Below, one piece after another: positions 53,082 through 64,000 of a DNA stretch of 64,000 nucleotides. Every line of letters begins with the position of its first letter. The stretch's first letter is position 1. The stretch comes from Mytilus trossulus. Lineage: Eukaryota. The position numbers were made by a program, and so were the translations under genes. The notes beneath the pieces are model-generated. The model saw only the letters and a program-made list of their open reading frames with translations, was not told the DNA's origin and made no database searches. The stretch covers positions 17,980,001-18,044,000 of the forward strand of contig NC_086386.1 of NCBI RefSeq assembly GCF_036588685.1, given 5' to 3'.

Positions 53082-56000
53082 TCACATTTGTTCTCTTTCT
53101 CCTTCGGAATCTTTCAGTTGCACAACACCTTTATAAAGCAATGGCCCATCAATATGGAGATACATTGCTGGCCATACTAGATAGTCTACAAATTTTCCTG
53201 ATTTTGTATAACCTCTAAAATCTTCTTTATTCTTTGTTGGATCAAAACTAAAATCCAGTTTCGGGTCATTAATAGCAGCGTACCAACAAATTTCCATACA
53301 AGCATCTACATACAGTCGTAATTCTTCTTTCTGCCTCGCTTTCGTTTTCCAGTAAAACTTAAAAACAAAAGTCGTTAAAATAACAAATTTACCGACAACA
53401 AACTACATGTATATGTATCTATAAACACTTAAATGGTAATAACATACCATAATTTAGGATAACTATATTTTAACAGAAATATAATAAGCCTTGTCGTGAA
53501 CCTACCTTAAAATTGAGTATTGACTGCAGTAAAAATGATGAATATGACTAAGTGGTCGTTGCTTACCATAGTGCTTGAATTGCCCATTTAACACTAGTCT
53601 AAATCATATACATTCCTTTAATCTTTTATTTAGAATATATTGTCAATTTTACTTAAACTTGCATTTTCTCAGTTGTTAACCATATTCAAAGGTCACATGC
53701 GAGTCAATTATACATGTTACCCTTTCGATATCTTTGTTATCTTTCAAATTGTTTCTTATGTATATTTAATATTGGGATATGTCTGTTTTGTTAGTCCAAG
53801 AACCTTTGTAATATTGTTTTGATTCATCACGGTCTTAGTTATTTCCATTCGAATTTTCATTCTTCTACAACAACGTTGTTTCGGTATCTAACATGCTACT
53901 ATATTATTCTTATAACTATTTTGTTCTACATGTACATTTGGTTTTGTCTGTATTCTTTTTAATTGCTTTGACGAAGGTCTGCGTGTAAGTACCGTAACAA
54001 TAATAAGATTGGATATAATTGAATTTATTACCTGGGTTAAATTAACTAACGTATGTTTTGCGACTGCTTTTCTTGCGTCTTTTATCATTTTCAGTTCTGA
54101 CTTTGAGAATGTCTGTATTAATCCCTGTAGATGGTAAAATCAACTTAACACAAAATCACAAACCGATCATGTCTATAGTATATGAGAAGAGTTTCTAATC
54201 AAACATATTTACATATTGAACCCATACACGTATGCAGGTGCTTTTATAAAGTTAATTACGTCGTCGGAGCGCCGGGCCACACTTACACATATTTTGGTTT
54301 GCCCAAACCCTACCCAAAGGTAGTGACAATGGATAGGTAAGTAAGCATTTTTTTTATTTCGACAAAGAGAAATTGAAGTGTCTGATGTTTTTTAGTCTGA
54401 GTGAGTGATGCTGATCTGATAAAAAAAAAACTAATTTCAAAGCTCACCGATAAAAGTTTTTGAGTAGGCAGCTTTTTTCTGGGTAGGTTAACTTGGGGCA
54501 AACATACATATTTTTTTTTCATCGCCCGGATTGTCTTGACTTTTTGTCATTTGAGGTGGTGATTGTAACTGTTAATCATTTTAGTTTAGATAAAGACGAT
54601 TTGGAATTTAATATGTAATGAATATCGAAAAGCTTACTACGATGTATCTGTTTGATGCTTATTCTATTGACTTTAAGTTTTCATCTTCTTTTTTTTACGT
54701 ATATTTGTTAAAAAAAACTTGACTTCGTGAAAAAGGTCTATGTATCAATTTTAACTACAGCATCCCTGAGTCACGCAATAAGGCAGCAACCATTTGATTT
54801 TCGGGGGGGGGGGGGGGGGGGGCTATGTTTTTTTTTCTTGACAATCTATTTTTTTGGCGACAAGTCGAAAACAATTTTTTTTTCAATTTTAGCATAACAT
54901 ATAGTGGCAGCTGAGGGTGAAACAAACACAATTGTTTTTTCTCAGGGTAAAAAACAAATTATTTTTTTCTCCAAAAACTGGAAACAATTTTTTTTCCAAA
55001 AATAAGGCCCTTAAGAATTCTCGCTTGGATTGTTTTTCATTTGTCATTTTTTTGGAATTTGCTTTGAAGGCCGTACGGTGATCTTTAATTGTTAATTTCT
55101 GATTCATTCGGTCTCTTGTGGAGTGTTGTCTCATTGGCAATCATACCACATCTTCTTTTTACATATATCGTTTGTTGTACATATATTTTTGTTTATGTCT
55201 TTTTATGGTTTTGTTCCTATCACTTAATTAATGTAAGGTTTGTTATTTTCCTTTATTTTCTTTTCTTTTCATATGATATTGAGAACGTACCTGTCTATTC
55301 ATTTCTTCCGTGATAACTTCTGGTCGCACGAACTTTTCCTGTAATATTTCCAGTTGGTTATCAGCGCATTCGCGACAGAACTCCCAGCATTTCTGAAATT
55401 TGAGTTAAAGCACCTAAATATTTATTGATCTTTATTTATTGTTTTGATGGAATAGTAAATTGTAATTTATGGTCATTATCATAAAAAAAAAATGTGTTAA
55501 ATGTATACTTTTAAAAACATATTTGAAATATTTATTTGATTGATTCATAGCTTTACTGATATCTTGCTTTTATTATAAATTGTTTTGAATTCAAGAATGT
55601 TGTAAATTTTCAAATCAGAAGTAAGGTTTTAATGATTTTTAAGCAAGTCAAAATGATTATAAAAATGTAGAATCACAATTAAAGTCTATATATTTACCCT
55701 GAATATATCTACCAGTCTTTCAGCGGATAATTTCTCATTATTTTCATCTTTGAAAACATGTTCAAATGCATCAGTCCATAAGTTGTCATACAAGCTATTG
55801 AATTTTTCACAGAGTTTCTGAGGACGGTTTGGATCACTAAGATCAGTAATGGTAGGGTTACCATCAGTCAACTTATCTCCTGCAGCTTTACTTAGACTTT
55901 ATAAATATAATACTCAGCATTTTAATAGCATAAAGATAAAAGTGTAAATGGTTATTCATTAGTAATGTTTGATAACAAGAACAACAAGTAACGTGTAAAC

Positions 56001-59000
56001 CTCTGATGGTCAACGGTATGGCTTCTGTTTTAATTATTTTGGTATTTTAGTGAAAAAAAGTAAAACTGTATATCTTTTTGTATTGCTAAATTTTTGATTT
56101 CTATTATCTAGTAATATACATACAATGGGCCAACGTTGGCCCTATGTATTGCATATAACCGTACAACGTTGGGCCATCATGTTGGGCCAACGTAAGCCCA
56201 CTTTTTATTACTTCCAATGGGTCGATGCCTCTGCTGGTGGACTATTAGTCCCCGAGGGTATCACCAGCCCAGTAGCCAGTACTTCGGTACTGGCATAAAA
56301 ATACGGATTTTTTTGTGTTATTAAAATTTGCTGTAACAAAATGATAAAAATTATTATAAATTAAGGAATGCATCTCCCTCATGCAAAGCTCTGATTCCTT
56401 TCACGGATTTGGCTATACTTTTTGGACCTTTTGGATTATAGCTCTCCATCTTTTATATAAGCTTTAGATTTCAAATATTTTGGCCACGAGCATCACTGAA
56501 GAGACATGTATTGTCGAAATGCGCATCTGGTGCAAGAAAATTGGTACGGTTAATTTTATTGCACTTACATGTTGGGCCAACGAAGGCCCACTTTGCACTT
56601 ATACGTTGGGCCAACGTTAAAATACAACGATGGGCCAATGCAATGATATACGTTGTGCCAATGTTGGGCCAACATACTCATGTTGTCTGGGTACATCATT
56701 GACTTTCTGTGTATATTGAACACTTACTCATTTGTTATAATGACCAATATAATTATTGTACACGTAAAGTGTGTTTTTGTTCGGTATAATGTTGTATAAT
56801 TACTGTCCAACTTGACGTAAATCCAACGTTTATTGATAGAGATATTCATATTACCTTGTTCTCAAGCTCTCCACTTCCTTCTTCAATTTTTCAGTTTCCT
56901 CTTTAAGTCCTGTGGTTTCTTTTCGAAGTTCTGTTATTTCTTTCTCTTTTTCTGTCATTTCTTTTTGTGTTTGTGTCGTTCTGTGTTTTTCGTTTCTTTC
57001 TCTCTCTTCCTTTAGTAACCTTGATAGTTCTTCTGTTTTCTGTTTTAGTTCTTCTATCATTTCTGTATCTTTCTGCTTACTTTTAAACGAAATTGAATCC
57101 AAGTTGTAATTACGTGTATGTATTGTCATAACACAAAGCGTTATCGTATGCAACAGATCTTTTTTATAATGCAGACTTTATACTTAATCTATTGGAAGTT
57201 GGATGTGTACTGATTGATATTTTAGTCTTAGATACACTGTAACGTCCTGTATGTGTTTTCGTTTTAAGTTAACCTTTCTTTATATTGATCTATAATTACA
57301 AATAATGAGTTAAGCTTTATCAAATGATTTTTCAAAGTTTTTTTTTCTTGTATGTTGTGCTGTTACACAACCGTCCCAGTTTGGGTTGAGCGATCACAAA
57401 AATGTTTTACTGCACCACATGTGTATTTGCTAGTCCCAAGTCAGAATCCTGTAGTTTAGTGATTGTCGTTGGTTCAAGCCTTATGTTTGTAACCACAGAG
57501 TAGCAAGCAAGTTTTAAATTTGCAATCCGGAGTCAAAAGTCCTTAATATTAAAATAGCTGTTTTCATTTTATATACCCCTAACCTTTTCCCCTTACCTTT
57601 CTATCAATTCTTGCACTTTTTGATGAAGAACCTCCATTGACGACTGACCACCTTCTAGGGCTTCTTTTAGGATTTGACGAATTGCATCCAAATCTTGTAC
57701 TCCAGTCGGTTTCCAATTACTCCATTGATTTCCATCTATCTTATTTTCATGTTTAGTCCCTCCTCGCAGTTGTGCAGTCTTTGCCTTTTCAAGCATACCA
57801 GGTTTAGTAACATCACTCAATGTAAATAAAAAAAGACGTTGAACTAATGTCATATGAGACAGCAACTTAAAACACAATAACAAAAAATGCATTGTTAGCA
57901 GCAATTTGTTGGTAGTGCATCATAAAATTTACACAATGGTATTCTTTAAATGGATGTCGAAATCTAGAAACGTATTTTAAAACCTGTTATTTTTTTTAAA
58001 ACTATTATTGAAATGTGACAAGTTCATATCAACAATATTCATACATTTTTGAAAATAAATATCAAATATCAAGTATTTTTTTCTTCAGATCTCTATCGGA
58101 TACACCTACATGTATTTGTACAACAGAATGAAAGAATTATCGTTGATTTCTAGTACCTGACAATCTTTCCATAACGTTTTCTGGTAACTTTGATTTGTTT
58201 TGTCCAGAAAGTTTAAAACCTTGAATTTTGAGCGAGGTTTCATGTAATATTCAATGTCAAAATAGTGCTTTGTGTACACACAAATGCACTTCCAACAACT
58301 TGCTGCTGAGAAGTTATCGAATATTAGTGCGAAATGTGTTGACACGCTGCCACTTACGACTATCGACTATAGTCATTGACTAGTTAACTTGAACTTATGT
58401 GACGTCATACACCTTAATTGTTTGAAAATAATTATATTCCCCCTAAAATTTGACAATACGTATTGACATTGATTGTTTTAACCAAAATTTTGAAATTTGA
58501 TAAATAAACGTTGCAATGACTTGGCGGGAAATATTTTATATGAAATAAACCACCAAAATTTAGTTCCACTATACCTGTTTTGTGTTGTAGCAGTAATGTT
58601 TAAAGCCTGTTCTGTAGCAGTAGTTTCTGTTTTGTCCACTTCTTTCGTTGCTTGCTATTTCATAGAAAAACACTTTATATCGTTGTCCAGCGTAAACAGA
58701 ATTTCACATTTTCAAACAAAATTAGTATATGTATTTAGTTTATGTTATAACAAGTCATAGAATAAGTATTACGATCAACTACAAGAAACTCGGGGCCAAA
58801 TTCCCTCGAAATATGGTTCAAAGTAATACAAACTAGCTAACTATGATACAATAACGACACAAGAACAGGGCTCTTGAATTGAAGTATGAAGTTTTGCATA
58901 TTCTTTTCAGGCCCGACCTGAAAAATCAGGTGTATATTTCCACGTTTGATGGACAGTTGCGTCTGTAGCAATAACACCGTATCATCTTATTTTCTTATCG

Positions 59001-60155
59001 TTGAATGATTGTGAAAACATGTTTCCAACAATATACAAGACAGAAATCTTAGGAACTCGACACACAAACAGTAAATAGAAAAGTTACTCAAGTTGCTGCA
59101 ACTTGAAAAAAAAACAATACAACTTAGAACATACATGTACCTCTGCTAATGGACTTTGTTAGTTTAATATACTTTTTTGTCATTCTTGGTTTATATCATC
59201 ATTACATTTTCTTTTTTAAAGGTTTTGTCCTCGGGCATAACTGTGATATTTATATGAAATATATTTTGTAAAAATTTGCATCTGGTGTTTATTACTTTTA
59301 CTTTTGTCGGAAGAGAAAGAAAGAGAGGGGGGATTTCAGGAGGAATTTGAAAATGATTATTCTGGCCAGGTAATACTAGTAACTGAGGGAAAAAATTCCA
59401 CAGAAAACAGGACGAAAATGAATAGTCTGCACTAAACATTTAGGGAATGAATGTGTACAAAATACAAAAGTGAAGATAAAATGAAACATATTGTAAACGA
59501 TATTATAGATACGACTATAGAACAGGACACAAGATTTCTTTATTTATAATTTGTGTAATAAAAGATAATAGCCAAAGAACTTCAGTTTTCGATTTATATT
59601 TAAAATGAAGGTCGTTTGACGTTTAAATTTTATAATAAATGCAACGACTTCAATATTACTGGTGTAAAACCGAGAAAACATTTACTACTGGTTTGAACCT
59701 GCAATTCTGATTCATAATATCGCTCTCTAGCCCGACCTCTTGAATAAACCATTACCAAGTTCAGCTTATCATCAGTGTAACACGACAGGTAAAAATGAGG
59801 AAATTCTGTGTTTCTTTATATTTCGATATGCATAAAATCACTCTGGTTTCAAGTATTGTTTGTGTTGCCTTTTGTAATATATTTTCTGTATTTCCATCCT
59901 TAATTTTTTTAGTGTGTTTTCTACTTTTTTCACTTTCTTATGGTTTCGTCGGTCTTTTTTTTTGTAAATTGCACCTGAACAGCTTTTTCATGACAGGCTT
60001 TGGCAAGAGATTGTTGTAATTGATGAAATTCATTATTAATTTATTAATTTTGGCCTTTTTGATATTGTGACTAGAAACCAAAAAATGCAAAACATTACCG
60101 TTGAAACCAGCACTGTTGATTTATAAGGACCGGTACCTTCAGTACTGGAAGCCAT
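53082..60155 (-). CDS. Mieap/SPATA18-like protein, paralog E (~415 aa, 9 coding exons)
   Basis: Exons 60137-60155 (MASSTE, tentative), 59206-59240 (tentative), 58575-58654, 57597-57815, 56855-57079, 55698-55896 (LSKAAGDKLTDGNPTITDLSDPNRPQKL), 55291-55392 (KCWEFC), 54032-54124 (KDARK), 53082-53357 (YVDACMEICWYAAINDPKL...VWPAMYLHIDGPLLYKGVVQ). Total 1248 nt, in frame. Confidence 0.83.
56203..56560 (+). mobile_element. Retrozyme-like non-autonomous retroelement monomer (~351 nt)
   Basis: Bounded by direct repeat TTTTATT (56203-56209 and 56554-56560). Structured 5' domain with a C(TTCG)G hairpin and a hammerhead near the 3' end. Confidence 0.75.
56490..56533 (+). ncRNA. Type I hammerhead ribozyme (minimal, palindromic stem III)
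   Basis: GCATCA-CTGAAGA-GACA-TGTAT-TGTC-GAAA-TGCGCA-TC-TGGTGC. Stem I GCAUCA/UGGUGC, conserved CUGANGA and GAAA, stem II GACA/UGUC. Predicted cleavage after C56527. Confidence 0.85.
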
Positions 60156-62170
60156 TGCTAATCTTCTACAAGAAAATGTTAGTATTATGTTTTTTTTATT
60201 ATAGTTTGCAAAAATGTTCAAGATCTTTTTAATGGCTAATGTAAAAGGACACATCTTTGGAAATTTCTTTATGGGTCTTAAACATTTCAATAAAGGTATT
60301 AAGTTTTTTGCAATTTTGTAATTTTAATTTTGCATTTACCTTGCTTTTTTTTTTACTTGTGTTTATTTCTAGATACATACCTGATTTGCATTTCCGAAAA
60401 TAAACTCGAAACAAGCAGTATCAACGTACTTTTAATGATATTCTGTCAATGAGGTACGATACCTGCCTATATACGGTTATTTAAGTGAAAAGTGTAAATA
60501 TAGCAAATGCGTGGGATGATGAGTAGGAGTTCTTGTCAAAAAGTTTCGCTTGGTTATTTTGAGTGTATAAAGAGATGTAAAAATTGGAATATATAGATAA
60601 ACATTACCGTGCGACATAAAACCTGGTTCATAGCACCAATGGTACAATGTATAGACAAGTTCATGTCCGACGCCTAGTGTAAATCACCATTTGTTTAGAT
60701 ATTTGTCGTTTGTGGAAAATAATCCCCAAGAAATAAGCATATATATAATGGAAAATAGTTTTTAGTGTTGAAGTATTATACTTTTGTGTATACCGTAGCG
60801 TGATAATAAAATAAAGTGGTAAATGTTATGGGGAGGAGGTCTTTTTTTAACTGTGTTGGATATGTCGAAACGCACACACGTTCGGTAAAATTGAGACATC
60901 AGTTAATTCAATACTTTTTATAGGGAGCTCTAACAACAATATGCATGTTGAAAAACTCTCCTAACAACATTTTAAGGTGTCTTCAATTGGCCCCTTTTAA
61001 GAGGAATTTCTGAATATACCTGTGTCCTCTGTTGACCCTTTTGCCATTGACAGTCCAAAGTCCCACTCTTCGTTCAGTTGAAAAAAAGTGTTCGGTTACC
61101 TAGAATTGATTGTTAATCCTGTTTTCGCCCTGACCATGCATGAAACAGTTGCTACTGGACGTCAGGAGAACAATAACTCATTAATTCATTATGAAATGCT
61201 CCAGCAGTAGAAATTAATTAACGTGTATTCGGCCAACCCCTTTCTCGTATCTCAATATCAATTCGTATGCCTTTTGAACCAATGCAATATATTGCTTTTT
61301 TGTTACAAGAATCCATAATAACAGAAGAACTCAAGAAATACAGAACATATATATACATTAGAATTAATGTTTAAGGCGTGTCTAATATAAAGTTAGACCC
61401 AACTTGAAGAAAACCATGGTTTTGTCCGAAAAAATGTATGATATTTTAATGTATATTCTCATTTTAATATATGCTTATGTTCTACCCTTTTCATGAACAT
61501 TAGGCTACAAGCAAACGTTTGTTTTAAATCGAACAAAATAATCAAACAAAATTAAAATAAAGTATTAAAATATTTACCAGGAAGTCAATTTCATCGTTGT
61601 ATTTCTATAAATTCGATGAATTTCCCCAAAACAGGTTTGTTATTTATAGAATTTAGGCTACCCGTTTTTAAATTTAAATTCCGATTAACTGAATTAACGC
61701 ATGATTAAGAAGTTAGAAAACAAATCTACAAACGACTAATGTATTATATTTCTTTCACACATGCACTATCTTTATTTGATCTTTATAGGCTAGTACATTT
61801 TAAAGGAAGCTATTGTACTTATAAGCTGAACATTTGGTTGATCATCCAAATGTGAAATATATTGTCATTCATTTGATTCAGTATAATGAGGTTTGTTCTG
61901 CTCGGCCAATATGCACAAAACTACTTTAAGTTTTGAGATATCTTATTTGCAGAAAAATTTATCGTAGGACACGAAGAAAAATCCGTCCGTTCGGAAGAAT
62001 TCTTAACCTAAGTCATTGTATGCATATTAGCCCAGCGGAACAGTACATAACTAGTAAGAGTTATTTGTCTTTGAGCACTTCGTATGAATATCTTGCATAA
62101 ACAATATTGTATAAATCATATATATTTTTTTATCAATAAAGTGAAGTTTTAATGCTTGACTTGCAACACG

Positions 62171-63159
62171 TCACTTCATTTGCATCACTCCTTTCACAAC
62201 TAAAGGACCTTGGTCATAAAACAAAAGTGCAGACCACACTGCAAAGTCTAACTGTATTCCAGATTTTGTATAATGTCTAAAATTTTCAGCTAGATCTTCT
62301 GCCTTTTGGTGTTCCATGGGCCATTTCAGTACCATTGGGGGATCGAGAACATTCATAAACCAGCATATTTCTATACACTTGTCCATATATTTATTCACAT
62401 TAAAATTGTCTTGATATTTTTGAAGGCTCGGACGTAGTTCAGTCGTTTTGAAATCCTAAAATAACCATAAACATTTTAATCATTTTTGATAATTTTATTT
62501 CTATCAATATGTTATCAACCATGCTTTAAAAAACAGCTGCATATTTGTTAACCTGCGTTACAAGAAATTTTGAATTGAATTTTGAGACAACCTGCAGCAT
62601 ACATTGTGTGTCAATCTTTCGCTTATAGTTATTCTGTCTTGCTTATATAGTTCCCTGTTCCAATCCATTTGTTGTTTTGAGTCAACGGATACTATTTCTA
62701 ACTTTCCTATCTTTCTGTAAAAATAACACCATCATCTTTGCACCGTAATATCATCAACAAATTTTTATCATCTACCAATTACTTGATTGCATGTGTAGTC
62801 AATAATACATGACATATACATTCCTAAAATATGTAATACAGTTTTGATTGATTGATTGATTGCTTAAAGTCCAGTGGCAAATAGTTCATGCAAGTTCAGG
62901 GCGAAGACAGTTTTGAATGATTATCTGCTCTTGAAAATAATTTAGCTTGAGGTAGGAATCTTAATGGTTATTTCTTGAAATGAATTTAATATCGATATAT
63001 AAAACATAAATGTGTCACGAGCGCCGGTAAGCTTTGCGGCACCTATGTTATATACATTACCTGAATCAGAGCCTGGATGCTTAATTTCGCTGTCTCTTTG
63101 ACACAAGTTTTAGCATACCGCTGAAACTTGCTATTGTGTATCACACTCGGATTTGTAAC
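62171..63159 (-). CDS. Mieap/SPATA18-like protein, paralog F; last two exons only, rest presumably beyond window
   Basis: Exon 63061-63159 (VTNPSVIHNSKFQRYAKTCVKETAKLSIQALIQ, phase 0-0) and exon 62171-62455 (…YMDKCIEICWFMNVLDPPMVL…FRHYTKSG…FAVWSALLFYDQGPLVVKGVMQMK*). Confidence 0.8.
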
Positions 63160-64000
63160 CTTAAAATAAAAAAATCGAACAGATTTGCACACAATGAATT
63201 ACTTCAATTCTATTGGATCTAGATTTAGTATGTATATTCTACATTTCTGACATCTGCTTGCATTTATACAACATCTTATATACTGTTACCAAAATGCAGA
63301 TCAATGTTCATGCATTTGTCAGAAGAAAGTGGTAAATCTAAAGAACAGGACAGACACAAATAATTTAACACATTGCCGAATACTTTCAACTCATTAAAAA
63401 ATACTATTTTCATCTATTAAAGAAACAAGAAACATCACATGATTGATCTTACTGCTCTTGGCGTATTCCCTTAGTACCTCAACCAACACGCAAGTTGAAA
63501 AAAAAGTCGCTACGAAATATATCCTTTTGATTCAGTTAGACCTTCATATTCTATGAATTATTTTTTTTATTAAAACTTCATTTATATACTCCGTACTCAA
63601 CAACATAATGTGTTGTAATGTTTGGCAATAAAACTGTATGTACAGTCTCAGTAAATTCATTGTAGTTTTTCAAGTGAATTGTTGAGGTGATTTTTTTTAC
63701 TATAATGTCTTTGTTTATGCATGGATGTTTAAAATAAACAATCGTACTTTTTCTTTTGTACTGCTTACTGGATCTAACATCGTCTGTTCCAATTGTAGTG
63801 CGATATTGTCTACCAGAGCTGGAACTCGTTTTACTGTATATACGTAAATATTCTAAAACAATATATAAAGTCATTAATAAAAGCTAGGAAAAAAACAACA
63901 TCATAAAAACACGTAACTAGTCTTATATCTTCAGTTCTAGTACTGAATAGCAATAAAACTTCAAACCTTCAAAAGTAAAACATTTTGGAAAAATTCAATG

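Larger units (their letters stand above)
56125..56690. mobile_element. Element rich in GGGCCAACGTTGGCCC palindromic units, split by the hammerhead element
   Basis: Repeated GTTGGGCCAAC / GGCCAACG units at 56127-56200 and 56570-56672. Confidence 0.55.

Noticed and set aside
62552-62714. Extra exon of paralog F
   Set aside because: Stops or phase mismatch in candidate frames; exon 63061-63159 already joins the last exon in phase 0.
63578-63874. 98-aa ORF as an upstream exon of paralog F
   Set aside because: Lacks the expected CW.FC or DLSDP motifs, and I found no convincing splice sites.

Overview
AT-rich, intron-rich eukaryotic DNA. The repeat families suggest a bivalve mollusc, probably Mytilus-like (inference). 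Bases 1023-8174 hold the last 11 coding exons of a Rab escort protein gene (CHM/REP). The rest is a tandem array of six paralogous multi-exon genes in orientation - - + + - -, the last truncated by the window edge. Each paralog encodes a variable N-terminus, a coiled coil and a Mieap/SPATA18-type ('mitochondria-eating protein') C-terminal domain. Five paralogs can be spliced by hand into open frames with shared intron positions and phases. The non-coding DNA carries: a ~351-nt retrozyme-like element with an intact type I hammerhead ribozyme plus two decayed relatives; a Penelope-like RT relic; a tRNA-derived ~435-bp satellite with A/B dimer structure; nested TTAA and TTA MITEs; Helentron-type elements; a truncated LINE; and a 33-bp minisatellite. 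All exon models and family assignments were made by eye from splice consensus, phase and remembered motifs, without database searches.
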